DNA of 57,702 nt, filler included, from Hydrolagus affinis (taxonomy: Eukaryota), in NCBI GenBank assembly GCA_012026655.1. It is 4 parts of 4 records of this genome, joined end to end, with 100 filler letters (N's around TTAATTAATTAA, not from the genome) between each part and the next. Parts side by side here need not be neighbours in the genome. Positions count along the whole stretch, not along the records: positions 1 to 13,112 come from JAAILG010020919.1; 3 more parts are not named here. The stretch is one strand, 5' to 3'. Below, in pieces: positions 1 through 11,625 of the stretch (position 1 is its first letter; the number at the start of each line of letters is the position of its first letter). The notes beneath the pieces were generated by a model. It worked only from the letters and a program-made list of their open reading frames with translations. It had not been told where the DNA came from and searched no databases. A program made the translations under genes and the position numbers.

Positions 1-232
1 ATTAATCTGGGTCGACAGATGTGTAGCTATGTTGTGGGTTTCACTTTCGGACCGCTGCCACCATGTTATATTCGAGATATAAAAGAGAGACCATGGAGAG
101 ATCGACTTTCATGTAAGACGGCTTTATTCAGAAGACCACAAGCATGCAATTCCATGTGCCACCACAGTGGTCACGAGATGGCATTATAACCGATACCTCT
201 ACATATAAGGGCATTGTAATTAGGCTAATCCT

Positions 233-700
233 ACAGATGGTACCAGAAATGAGGGACTTCAGCTACGAGGAAAGGCTAGATAGTCTAGGTTTATATTCAT
301 TGGAACAAAAAGGTTACGAGGAGACCTAATAGAGCTTTTTAAGATCATGAAGGGATTCGACAGAGTAGACGGGGAAAAACTGTTTCTACTGGTGGGCGTA
401 TCAGTGACTCGTGGTCATAGATTTAAAATAGTTTCAAAAAAAGCAGAGGGGAGGTTAGGAGAAATGTTTTCACTCAGCGAGTTGTTTGAATCTGGAATGC
501 ATTGCCTGAAAAGGTGATGGAGGCCAATTTGATAACAGCTTTTAAAACAGAGGTAGATATTTATTTGGGGAGGATGGTTTGCAAGGTTATGGGGAGAGAA
601 CTGGGAAGTGGGATTAAATTGCCCTTTTCAAAGAGCCGGAACAGACTCAATGGGCCGAATGGCCTCCTTTGGTGTCGTGAGATTCTATGGTTCTATGATA
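233..700 (+). mobile_element. CR1-type LINE, 3' fragment of ORF2 plus 3' tail
   Basis: Decayed RT C-terminus (MVPEMRDFSYEERLDSLGLYSLE...; WNALPEKVMEA) ending in ggccgaatggcctcc...attctatggttctatga; homologous to 13213-14130. Confidence 0.9.
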
Positions 701-744
701 ATGTTTTGGTTGAGCTGAGCGTCAATTTTGAAATTGCCCTCTAG

Positions 745-1240
745 TGGTGGGAAGACCTGTTGGAGTCTAATTTGGGTCACAGCAAAAAAAAGGTCGGAAA
801 CAACTGTTCTTACCCCATTCCTGTGCTGACCAGGTAAAGATATTCAGAGACTAGATCACTCTTTTATTGTTCCATTGTTCTAGTGTTTACACCAGTAGGC
901 AGCTCGCCACTAGTCAGTGCTTACCGCACAAGATCAATTTTAAAGTGCTTTACCCTCAACAACAACAACATTTTTTTTAATGGAAATTGAAACTTTAAGG
1001 AACTTTTTGAAAATGTCTTTTCAAGAGAAATTGGATGTAATTAAGAAGGGAAGGCCGAAACCTGACTTAAATAACTTACATAAACGGACGGGACAGAAAA
1101 TTACATGATCTTTTCAGCCGAACTGGTATGTAAGAAAAGAGTGGCTTTGTGGCTGTGCTGTGAGTAACAGACTCTTTGGCTTCCCGTGCTTCTTATTTTC
1201 CACTAGTGATAGTGTGTGGATAAGAACCGGCTACAGTAGG
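745..1240 (+). mobile_element. hAT-family DNA transposon fossil (N-terminal TTF-type zinc finger region of a ZMYM1-like transposase)
   Basis: From about 1012 it translates as MSFQEKLDVIKKGRPKPDLNNLHKRTGQKIT*SFQPNWYVRKEWLCGCAVSNRLFGFPCFLFSTSDSVWIRTGYS. This fits the SFQ..WY..K.WL......LFCFPC.LF...W pattern and has an in-frame stop. The 5' boundary is approximate. Confidence 0.7.
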
Positions 1241-1254
1241 TAGGTAGAGGGGGT

Positions 1255-1812
1255 TCCAGGAACTCAGGATCTGGCTGGCAGCTAAACAGGATCTGGGGTC
1301 TCGGGGAGTGGCTGGTAGTCAGAGATTGTCATGGAGTCTTGGAGTCTGGCTGGTGGCTAGACGGAGGGCTGGGCTCTAGTGGACCATCTGGTAGCTGAAG
1401 GTGGAGACATGGACTGGAGACTGGCTGGTAGCTAGAGTGGGTTCTGGAGTCTCTGAGACTGGCTGGTAGCCAGATGGGTGGCCAGGGTCCTGGGAACCAG
1501 CTGGTAGCTGGATGGAGATCTGGGTCTCTGGATATGGCTGGTAGCTGGAAGGGGTGGGAGGGGTGGTGTTCCAGGATGCGGAGTCTCGGGGATCTGCTAG
1601 TAGCTAGAGTGGGGGCTGGGGTCTCAAAGTTTGGCTGGCAGCTAGAGGTGGGTCCAGGGTCACGGGGGCCAGCTGGTAGCTATAGGGGTCCAGGGTCTCA
1701 GGGACTGGCTGGAAGCTGGATGGGTGGCCAGAGTCACGGGGATTGGCTGGTAACTAGAGCAGGGGCTGGGGTCTCGATATCCGGCTGGTAGCTAGATGGG
1801 GGCCAGAGTGTT
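1255..1812. repeat. Degenerate ~36-38 bp G-rich tandem repeat, left part
   Basis: Recurrent core ctggctggtagctag followed by G runs and gggtctc; AGCT cores spaced 36-38 nt (e.g. 1602, 1640, 1678, 1714). Confidence 0.85.
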
Positions 1813-1814
1813 GG

Positions 1815-3505
1815 GAACAGCAAAAAATTACATTTATAGAGCGCCTTTCATGTCGGGAGGACGTTCCAAGTCACTGAACAATCAGTTCGGGACGCAAGCA
1901 AGGATGATGGGCAACGTAGGGAGGGGGGCAGGAGAGAGTTAGGAGGGGAGGGAGAGAGTTGGGAGGCCAGCAGAAGGTATGGTCAAAGAGGAGGATCTTG
2001 AGACCGGCCTTGAAGGACGTGAGGGAGAGAGTGAGGTGAAGGGACTGTGGAATGGAGTTCCAGATTGTGGGGGCAGAGAAGCTGAAAGCCTGTCCGCCGA
2101 TGGTAGGGTGGGTTGGGTGGGGACATGGCGCAGGCTGGAGCCTGCTGAACAGAGGGGCTGGGGAGATTCATAGGGAGACAGCAGGTAAGAGAGTTAGGGG
2201 GTGGCAAGGCCGTGAATGGCCTTGAAGGTGAGGACGAGGATCTTGAATTTGATCCTCTGGGGTCAATGCAACCGGGCAAGGGAGGGAGTGATGTGGTCAC
2301 AGAGCTTGGTGCGGAAGAGGACATGAGCTTCAGAGTTCTGGATGATCTGCAGCTTTTGAATATCAGACAGACATGCAGTCAGGACGCTGGTTATCCTCAA
2401 GTTGAGGGTAGAAGTGAAAAGGTAGAGTTGGGCGTCATCCAGGTAACGTGAAAATTTACCCCACATCTGCGGATGATGTCACCGAAGGGGAGCATGTAGA
2501 GGGTGAAGAGGAGGGGACCAAGTACAGAGCAAAGAGGATTCCACATGAGACACCGCACGTGCAAGGGCTGGAGGAAAAGCAGTTGGTGGACACAAAGTGG
2601 AGGTAGTGTGAAAGGTAGGACTGGAACCAGTTGAGGACAGAACCTTGAAAGTTGAGGTGGTGTAGGAGGATTGTATGGTCCACCGTGTCAAAGGTGGTGG
2701 ATAGGTCGAGGAGGCAGAGGTAGCCCTGGTCACAGATGGTCAAGATATCATTAATGACTTTGTTCAGGGCAGTTTCCATGCTGTGATTGGAGGGACTCGT
2801 GGAGGGAGTGGGATGAGAGAAAGGCAATGACCCTTTCAAGCTCCTTTGACAGGAAGGGGCGATTGGAGATGGGTCAGTAGCTTGATAGCTATGGCACATC
2901 AAGGGAAGGTTTCTTGAGGATGTTGGTGATAGTGGCTGTTTGAGGGGAGTGGGAACAATGCCAGATGAAAGGGACAGGTTGCATAGGTCAGCAAGACCAT
3001 TAGACCAGATTTGAGTTAGGGGTGTTCAGCGGCCCGTACCTGGCCCTTGAGTGAGCAGAGATGCCTGGTGAACCAGGGTGAGGTTTGATAGTGGGCAGTT
3101 TGGGAGGTGAATCGAATATTGTAAAGAGGGTTTTGTGGAGGAGAGTGAATGCAGAGGATGGGTCGGAGCGGGATGTGGGCCAAAGGGGGAGGAGGTCAAA
3201 GGACTCCAAGGCAGTGGAGAGGGATTGTGGAGAGATCTTCTTCCAAGGGCAGTAGAAGATGGTGGTAGGATTTGATGTAGTGGGGAGATTGATAGATGAT
3301 TTGAAAGATTTGAAATGGTGTTCAAAGATGGCCTTGTCAGTGATGGTTACATCTGAGACACTGAGGACCTGGGTGATCATCAGGTCAAGCGGCTGGCCAT
3401 GAACATGGGTGGTGGAGTGGATATGGAGGGAGAAGTTGAGAGAGAAGAGGGAGGAGAAGTAAGAGGAGGTGGAGCAAGAGGGGGTGAAATGGAGGTTTAA
3501 ATCTG
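1815..3505 (-). mobile_element. L2-clade LINE, 5'-truncated and decayed, inserted in the tandem repeat
   Basis: Minus-strand ORF fragments with RT motifs (LLDLSTTFDTVDH, YLDDAQLY) and endonuclease remnants; family 3' tail (rc of ...cccgacatgaaaggcgctctataaatgtaa) near 1820. Confidence 0.9.
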
Positions 3506-3509
3506 TGAC

Positions 3510-4510
3510 CAGAGAGTAGCTAGAGGTGGGGCTGGTGTCTCAGGGACCGTTGGTAGCTAAAGGGTGTCTGGGTCTCTGGATCTGGCTGGTAGCTAAATTG
3601 GGGGGCTAGGGTCTTGGGGACTCGCTTTTTAGCTACAGGGATGGCTGGGGACTAGGGTTCTCAGGCATCAGCTACTAGCTAGAGATGGGGCCATGGACAT
3701 GGGGTCCTGCTGTTAGCTAGAAGAGTTGCTGGGGTTTCGAGCTCCATCTGGTAACTACAGTGGGGGGCCAGGATCTCAGGTAGCTACAGGAGTGGCCCAG
3801 GGACTTGGGCCACAGATGGTAGCTACAGGAGTGGCCCAGGGACTTGGAGACTGGCAGGTATCTAGCAGGACTGGGGTTTCATGTTAACTGAGACCAGCTG
3901 GTAGCCAGGGATGGCCCAAGGTCTCGGGGACCGGCTGGTAGCTAGTGGGAAGGCTGGGATCTCCATTTCTTGGGTCTTGGTTGGTAAATATTTGGTGTTC
4001 TATGCTCACTGGGACTGTTTGGTGGCCAGAGGTATCCAAAGTCTCAGGGAGTGCTGGAAGCTAGAGTGGGGACTGGGTATCTGGGATCAGTTGGTAGCAA
4101 AAGGTGGGCTGAGGGTCTTGGGGTATTGGTATACAGCTGGTAGCTACAGGTTGGGCTGGGGGCTCAGGGACCAGATGGTAACCAGATGCGGGATGGAGGT
4201 CTTACTGATCAGCTGTTATCTAGATGGGGGCCGGGGTCTCTGGGACCGGCTGATAGTGAGGTGGGGGAGGGAGTGGGTGGAGGGCTCTATCTTGGTGTTT
4301 TCCGGTACAGAGGGTAGCTGTAGGTGGTTCTGGGGTCTCCAAGACTGGCTGGTATCTGGAGGTGACCAGGATCTCAGGGATCAGCTGATAGCTAAATGGA
4401 TGGTGTTGTCTCAGGGTCTGGCTGTTTGGTAGACTAGGTTCTGGGGTTTTGGTGTACTGTATTGGGGAACTGCTGATAACTAGGGGGGGTAGGGCATCTC
4501 AGTGACTGGT
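3510..4510. repeat. Degenerate ~36-38 bp G-rich tandem repeat, right part
   Basis: Same ctggtagctag/gggtctc unit as 1255-1812, resuming after the LINE. Confidence 0.85.
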
Positions 4511-4576
4511 TGGGAACTGGTACGATCTCTCACACTAGACACAGTGTAATGGGGTATTTCACACAAAATCCATTGA

Positions 4577-4655
4577 TTAAGGAATCTCAGACAGATACAG
4601 TTTATTAAGGAATCTCAGACAGACACAGTTTAATAAGGAATCTCAGACAGACAGC
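4577..4655. repeat. Three direct copies of a ~28-bp unit
   Basis: taaggaatctcagacaga occurs three times in tandem. Confidence 0.85.
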
Positions 4656-5394
4656 TTAATCTGTTTCTTAAGGGATTTTGAGTAAATGAAGAACTGCCTT
4701 GTGACTTTTCCATATATTTTCTCACTGAACATTCCTGAAAAGACATAAGAATGGGAAACATAGTAAATAATTGGGATTGAGAGATTCAGACATCACTGGC
4801 CACTGATCAGGATACAGTATCATTGATGCCACTTGGAAACCTCATAGCTGAACTGTCCATGATGTGACAGGTTTGGCAATGGAGTGAGTTTCCACTCTCT
4901 CTGACGATCTCTAGTCTGATTCCTGATCCAGGTGGATCCACAGTATATCCAGGACTCTCTCTCTCTCTCTCTCTCACACACACTGCTGCTAACAACACAG
5001 CCCCAGCCTGGTTAACCCTACAGCCAAAGCCCTAACTAACGTGGAGGGTGGTCCTAGCTGGATAAGCAGCAGGAAAGCTTGTCAGACAGTGGTATCAAAG
5101 GCATGCTGTGTGTGTTTAGCTAGTTAGACTCCAGCAGTTGCCCCAACACACACTCTGGGCTCCCTCCAGGCCTTAGCTCTTGCCAACCAATGCCTAATAT
5201 TCTCTGGAATTATGTAAATAGGATGCTTCCCTCCAGGGAGAAAGCTAGAGAGAGTGCATCCCATTCCACAATCCATCTCTGACATTTCCACGTGGAGGTG
5301 GGGTGGAATTTTCAGCTTGGTTTAGAGATTCTCAAACAATGATGATGGGTTGCAGTGACCTGGCTGGTCAAAAAAAATAGACATTGGTGCTGGC

Positions 5395-5530
5395 CACACA
5401 CAGGTCACCATGACAGACAGTGATGCCTGCGCCACAGACAGTGATCACTGTGACAGACAGTAATCGCTGTGTGACATAGAGAATGGCTGCTGTGTGACAC
5501 AGACAGTGGCCACTATGGCACAGACAGTGT
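5395..5530. repeat. Short degenerate cacagacagtg-type minisatellite
   Basis: Repeated (c)acagacagt motif at ~20-nt spacing. Confidence 0.6.
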
Positions 5531-5558
5531 AAGAGTGAGCGAGTTGCACTGTTACTCA

Positions 5559-5704
5559 CTAGAGCGAGCGCTGTTGGCCGTGGAGACGCTGCCTCTCTTT
5601 CAGCAGTAAGATGATGCCCACGATGGCACTGATGATTCCCAGTGAGATTCCCAGAGCACAGATCACCGTCCCCGTTCCGCCCTGAGCCTCAGGCACCTTC
5701 GGCC
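5559..5704 (-). CDS. MHC class II alpha chain, connecting peptide/TM/cytoplasmic exon
   Basis: Acceptor ctcag, phase 1; (G)PKVPEAQGGTGTVICALGISLGIISAIVGIILLLKERQRLHGQQRSL*. Shows the class II alpha TM pattern C-x-x-G-x-x-x-G-x-x-x-x-x-x-G and closely resembles shark class II alpha as I recall it. Confidence 0.92.
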
Positions 5705-6264
5705 CTGAGTGAGGAGAGAGGAGCAGCTCAGAGCTGGCACACATTTGGACACACAGGGAGGGAACACAGGAACACAAACATTTAGGGAAAGACATAAGAG
5801 GGACAGTGTTGTGTGCAACTGGCTGCTACATTTAGCTCACAAAATACAAGCAATCCACTTTACAGTATATTCTGTGAAGACACCGACGGAGGGGTCAAAG
5901 ACCAATGCACACACCAACCATACTACATAGGAACAGGAAGCCATTCAGCCCCTCAAGCCAGTTCCACCATTCTAGAGGACATGGCTGATCTGTACCTCAA
6001 CTCCAATTACCCACATTTGCCTCATATCCCTTGATACCCTGACCTAACAAATATCCATCCACCTCAGTTTGAACAGTGAGACTGGATCCAGCCATAATCA
6101 ACAGCCTTTTGGAGAGAGAGAGAGAATTGCAGATTCTCACACGCATTTACGTGATTTCACCCCTAAATGGCCTGGCTCTAACTTTATGTTTGTGCCCCCT
6201 TTTGTAGAGATTTGTCTGTTTATGGTCCCATTATTTTCTCCATTACCATCTTTTCTCCCCCACA

Positions 6265-6975
6265 TATGCACCATGACCAGTGCTGCCTTCCACCACCTCT
6301 GCAACATCTCCAAACTCCACCACTATATCACACAGGCTGCCGAAATCCTTGTCCATGCATTTGTCACATCAAGGCTTGACAATGCAAACTCCCTCCTCGT
6401 CGGCCTTCCCTTTACAAGCTGCAGACCATCCAGAAATCTGCAGTTCATGTCCTCGCCCGCACCAAGCTCCGCAACCACATCACTCCCACCCTTGCCTGAC
6501 TCCATTGGCTCCCCATCCCCCAAAGGATAGAATTCAAGATCCTCATCCTCACCTTTAAGGCCATTCATGGGCTTGCCCCCAACTATCTCTCTGACCTGCT
6601 GTCCCCCTATCAACCTGCCCACCCCCTCCATTCAGGAGTTCCAGTCTGCTCCATGTCCCCCACCCGAACCGCCCTACCATCAGTAGATGGGCTTTCAGCC
6701 TCTCTGGCCTCACACTCTGGAACTCCATCCCACAGTCCTTTGCCTCACTTCCTCCCTTGCATCCTTCAAGGCTGGTCTCAAGACCCTCCTCATCAATTGT
6801 GCTTCTGATGCCCTCCCAAATCTCTCCCACCCCTCTTAACTCTCCCACTCCCAATGCCCCTATCCTGCCCCTCCCCCCGCCCCTACCCCCGCTTGGGTCC
6901 CAACCTGACTGTTCAGCACCTTGGGACGTCCTCCCGATGTGAAAGGGGCTCTCAAAATGTAATTCAGTTGTTGTT
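6265..6975 (+). mobile_element. L2-clade LINE 3' fragment
   Basis: AFHHLCNISKL...LVHAFVTSRLDNANSLL and the family 3' tail ttgggacgtcctcccgatgtgaaagg...gttgtt. Confidence 0.9.
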
Positions 6976-7207
6976 TAATTAATACCTGTACTAAATGCAT
7001 TTAATACTTTTCTTTGGCTTATTTTTAGATGATCTTGTACAGCTGGTATTTTATCTTCCTCCTCTATTGTGAAAATGTTAGCAAAATTTTTTTTTTTGAG
7101 GGATAATTATTAGCAAGGAAACTTGCCCAAGATTTCGCCCTGCCTGCCTGGAATTGAACCCTGGTCTCAAGCAAATTTATAAGTAATCCCAGCCCCAACC
7201 ATGTGGA

Positions 7208-7502
7208 GTCATGTAGTTCCGTGGTTGGAGCACTCGCCATGCAAGTGAGAGACCAGGTTCAAATCCAGGCAGTACGAAACCTTGGGCAAGTTTCCTTACT
7301 CCACATGCCTAATAATAATCCCTCCAAAAAAAATTGGTCATCTCAATCCATGACTGTGTGTGGGAGACTGCTTTGTGGAATTGGCTGCCACGTTTTATCC
7401 ACAAATGTACATTCCATTCACTTTACAGTATATTCTGTGAGGCGCTTTGAGTTGTCTAGAAGACATGAAAAGCACTATATCAAATGCAAGGATTATTATT
7501 AT
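7208..7502 (+). mobile_element. tRNA-derived Deu-type SINE (representative copy; many more in the window)
   Basis: tRNA-like head (gtggttggagcactcgcc...ggttcaaatcc), central aattggctgcc core, tail gaaaagcactatatcaaatgcaaggattattatt. Confidence 0.8.
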
Positions 7503-7869
7503 GAAAGTAATTATTTAATAAGTCTGCTACTTGTTGTTTAATAAGTGGAGCTTTTGTGTTTCGGGATAAGTCCTGGTTTGTATTGTCCCAAATATTTTAT
7601 TGAAGATTTACCCACTGTATGTCTGTGGGTTTATGGAATGTCCTCCAGATGTGAAAGGCGCTATACAAATGTACTTTTGTTGTTGTTTACCCATTAAAGC
7701 TTCAGCTCAGTTACCACAGTTAATTCATTTCACATCCCTGCAAAGGTTACATTATTTAAATGTAAAAACCTGTCTTTGTGACTGTCCCACCTTCCTCTCA
7801 AACCTTACAGCAAATTCAATCATTTTAGGGTAACTCTGAAAAATGTCCCACAACCTATCAGAAAACTAA

Positions 7870-8150
7870 CAGATACACTGAGACACCGCTGCACTCACAC
7901 ACACACAGAGACACCCCCACATACACTGAGACACCTCCATCACACACTGAGACACCCCCATCACACACACTAAGACACCCACACACACATTGAAACACCC
8001 ACACAAACACAGAGACACCCCCACACACACTGAGACACCCCCATCACACACACTAAGACACACACACATTGAAACATCCACACACACACTGAGACACCCA
8101 CACACACACACACTGAGGCACACTCTCTCCACACACTGAGACACCCTTCA
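7870..8150. repeat. CA-rich minisatellite in the MHC IIA intron
   Basis: ~22-bp units of acacacactgagacacccc. Confidence 0.85.
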
Positions 8151-8186
8151 CTCTCCCCCTCCTCCCCTCACAGCCTCCTCACTGGT

Positions 8187-8229
8187 CCCAGAAGTAGACT
8201 GCAGGCTCCCTCAAGCTGCTGTGCCCCAC
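8187..8229 (-). pseudogene. 3' end of a second, paralogous MHC class II alpha2 exon
   Basis: Encodes VGHSSLREPAVYFW; 35/43 nt identical to the 3' end of the intact exon by hand alignment; no GT donor at the homologous position. Confidence 0.85.
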
Positions 8230-8283
8230 ACTGCCCCACCCCCCCTCCCCCCCATTCTTCCCCCCTCCCCACACGTCACTGAC

Positions 8284-8565
8284 CCCAGAAGTGGACTGCG
8301 GGCTCCGCCATGCTGCGATGCTCCACCTCGCAGGTAAACTCATCCCCAGGACGGGGCACGAAGCTCAGGTAGGTGAACCTCTGGAAAGAGTAATCCTTCT
8401 CCATGTAATACTCAGTGATGTTCACACCCTCCTTCACCGGCTCGTTGTTCTTCAACCACTTCATCGTCAGTGCCGGGGGGTAGAATCCAGCAGCGTGGCA
8501 GATCAGGGTGTTCATCACACCCCACTCAACATTATCCTCGGGGAAGACAGCAACCTCTGGTGGGA
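8284..8565 (-). CDS. MHC class II alpha chain, alpha2 (Ig C1) domain exon
   Basis: 282-nt phase 1-1 exon with acceptor ctccacag and donor gtcagt: (V)PPEVAVFPEDNVEWGVMNTLICHAAGFYPPALTMKWLKNNEPVKEGVNITEYYMEKDYSFQRFTYLSFVPRPGDEFTCEVEHRSMAEPAVHFW. In frame with the TM exon. No alpha1 or leader exon found in the window. Confidence 0.93.
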
Positions 8566-8590
8566 CTGTGGAGAAAGAGAGTGAGTGTCA

Positions 8591-8667
8591 GTCTGCTTGA
8601 CAGATCAGTGGGTTCATCACACTGCACTCAACAGGCTCCTGGGGGTAGACAGTAATCTCTGGCTGGA
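8591..8667 (-). pseudogene. 5' end of a second, paralogous MHC class II alpha2 exon
   Basis: Has its own acceptor (tctctatctgcag) and encodes (V)QPEITVYPQEPVECSVMNPLICQAD*; 59/77 nt identical to the start of the intact exon by hand alignment. Confidence 0.85.
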
Positions 8668-9589
8668 CTGCAGATAGAGAGAGACAGAAAGTGTGAGTGC
8701 CTGTACACCCCCCACCCTGGCTCTCACACATGGAGGAGAGATAGAGATGGATAGAGAGAGAGCCTCTTTATCCCCCATACAGCTCACACTCACACACACT
8801 ACAACACACACTGAATAGGGAGTATGAATGGCTGCTCACTCACACCTGGCTCACACACATTCTCCTCGTCCCCCAGAGGAGGTGGGAAGGCAGAGGGATG
8901 GAGGGGGAGAATTCTAGTTGTAGGCAATGGTGGCTGAAGGCATGGCCACTGATGGTGGAGTAGTGGGGAGGAGGACAAATTGGGAGGTCAGAGATGGCCG
9001 AGTGGAGACAGCAGGTAGTGAAGCAGAGTAGTAAGGAGGTTGGAGAGGTAATAATAATAATTTTTGCATTTGATATGGCGTTTTTCACACCTTGACGTCT
9101 CAAAGTGCTTCACAGAATATCATAGAATCTTACGGTACAAAACAAGGCCATTCAGCTATTTAATCCCACTCCCCAGCTCTCTCCCCATAACCTCGTAAAC
9201 CCGTCCTCCCCAAATAAATGTCTACCTCTCTTTTAAAAGTTGTTATCGAATCAGCCTCCACCACCTTCTCAGGCAATGCATTCCAGATTCGAACAACTCG
9301 CTGGGTGAAAAAATTTCTCCTCACATCCCCTCTGTGAATGGAGTTTACAATATAAAGTCAGTTGATTGTATAATTGTGGATGAAATGCCGCAGCCAATTG
9401 CATACAGCAGTGTCCCACAAACAGCCATAGATTAGGATGACCAATTTATTATTTCTTTTTTCCAAGGGATTATTAATTATTAATATATAATCATTATGTA
9501 TGTGCTGTAAGGCAACTTGCCCAAGGTTTTGCTCCACTCATAATTAAACCCAGGTCTCTTGCTTGCAAGTTAGTGCTCTAACCACTGAG

Positions 9590-10193
9590 GTATCTTTGTG
9601 AAGTTTGGATGAGAGGGGATAAAGAAAGACTGTTAATTGTGAGTAGTTGGAAATCAGTTTCCCCATTTAGGTGGGGAGGTGCAAGAGAATATATTTGATT
9701 TGAAATCAAGTGAGAGGATCTTGATATTAATCTGTTTAGTAAGAGTGAGCCAGTGGAGCCTGGTGAGGGCTGGAGTGAGGGGGTACAGAATTTAATATGT
9801 ATGATAGGGGGCAAGGGGAGGCCAGTGAGGGCTGGGGTGAAAGGTGGATGGAATTGACAAACAAACCAAATTACATTTGTATAGTGCCTAGAAGTTGGGA
9901 AACAATGACTCATTCCAGGTCCTTAGAAAGGAATGGAAGGTTGGAAATGGGGGGATAGCTGGAGAGTAGGGATGGGTCCAATGTTGGAGGTGATGATAGC
10001 AGTTTTTAGATGGGTGGGGACAGTGCTGGTGGATAGGGAGAGGTTGATGACATCAGTTAGGAGGGGGGCTAGGAGATGGAGCTGGGAGATGAGGAGAGAG
10101 GTGGGGATGGGGTCATGGGAGCAGGTGGTGGGTTTCATTTTTTGGATGAGAGCAGAGAGGATTGGTGTAAAGATAGGGTCAAAGGAACACACA
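9590..10193 (-). mobile_element. L2-clade LINE internal fragment
   Basis: Minus-strand KMKPTTCSHDPIPTSLL...VPTHLKTAII, typical of the segment upstream of the RT domain. Confidence 0.75.
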
Positions 10194-10503
10194 CAAGGAG
10201 CACACAAACACACATGGGGCACATACACTAACGGGGCGCATACACTTTGGGTGCACATACACGAGGTGCACTAACAGAGAATGGGGGCATATACATACAG
10301 AGTGTACACAGTCAAAAGGGCAGGGGTACACACGCATGGGGTACGCACACACAGTGGTGGGGTGGCATCCATACACACAGGTTGCACATATACACATGAG
10401 GGCCATACACACACAAGTAGTGTGCATACACATGGGCTGCACACTCACATGGGATGCACAAACATGCGCAGAATGCACATAAACAGTGCACCCGCATACA
10501 TGC

Positions 10504-11625
10504 ACAACAACAACAACAAAATTACACTGATAGAGAACTTTTCATGTCAGGAGGACATCCCAAGGCGTTGAACAGTCAGGTCGGAACCTGAGTGGGTGTG
10601 GGGTTGGGGGGTTGGGTAGAGGGGTAGAGGGAAGGAGAGTAGGAAAGTGGAGAGAGATAGGAGGGCAGCAGAAGGCACGGTCGAAGAGGAAGTTCCTGAG
10701 ACTGGCCTTAAAGGAGGAAAGGGAGGAAGTGAGGCAAAGGGATTGTGGGATGGAATTCCAGTGTGTGAGGGCAGAGACTGAAAGCCCAGCCACCATACAG
10801 CAGTTCAGGCGGGGGAATGGAGCAGGCCAGAGCCCGCTGAAAGGAGGTCGGGGAGATAGGTGGGGGCAAGGCTGTGAATGGCTTTGAAAGTGAGTTTGAG
10901 GATCTTGAATTGGATCCTCTGGGGGATGGGGAGCCAGTGGAGATGGGCGAGGGTGGGAGTGATGTGGTCATGAAGCCTGGTGCGGGAGAGAACATGAGCT
11001 GCAGAATTCTGAATGATCTGCAGCCTGTGAAGGGAGGAGATGGGGCGGCCGACAAGGAGAGAGTTCCCATAGTTGAGCCTAGATGTGATGAAAGCAAGGA
11101 TGAGGGTTTCGGTGGCATGGGCGGTGAGGTAGTGGCGGAGTCTGGCAATATTGCGGAGGTGATGGAAAGCTGTCATGGTGTGGATTTGGGGGAGGAAGGA
11201 TAGTTTGGAGTCGAAGAAGACAGCCAGATTCCTGACTGGCTTCGAGACGTGGAGAGAGCAGCCTTGAACTCTGATGTTGTCAGCGCCTATGGTGCAGAGG
11301 CACTGATGCGAGCCAATCAGGAGGGCCTCCGTCTTGTTGACGTTGAGTTGTAGGAAATTTGCCCTCGTCCAGGACTCGATGTCGGACAGACATGCAGTGA
11401 GACACGCAGTCACGTTACCAGTAGTCCTGGAGTTGAGGGTGGAAGCAGAAACATAGAGTTGGGTGTCATCCACATACATGTGGAAATTTACCCCATGTCT
11501 GCGGATGATGTCGCCGAGGTGAGCATGTAGAGGGTGAAGAGCAGGGGGGCAAGGACAGAGCCCTGGGGAACACCGCATGTGACTGTGTGAAGACTGGGGG
11601 AAAAGCCGGGGTGCACATGGGGTGC
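10504..11625 (-). mobile_element. L2-clade LINE, 5'-truncated
   Basis: RT motifs [17 protein letters not shown] and YVDDTQLY; 3' tail with (caa)n near 10504. Confidence 0.92.

Noticed and set aside
1474-4432. Gly/Trp-rich ORFs at 1474-1791 and 3911-4432
   Set aside because: By-products of the G-rich tandem repeat; no stable codon periodicity.
4540-4571. cacagtg...acaaaatcc resembling an RSS
   Set aside because: The spacer is 16 nt (neither 12 nor 23) and there is no adjacent V, D or J coding sequence.
8284-8565. beta2-microglobulin or W-category alpha identity for the C1 exon
   Set aside because: The exon is spliced in frame to a class II alpha-type TM exon, and both closely follow classical shark class II alpha as I recall it. 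A phylogeny would settle this formally.
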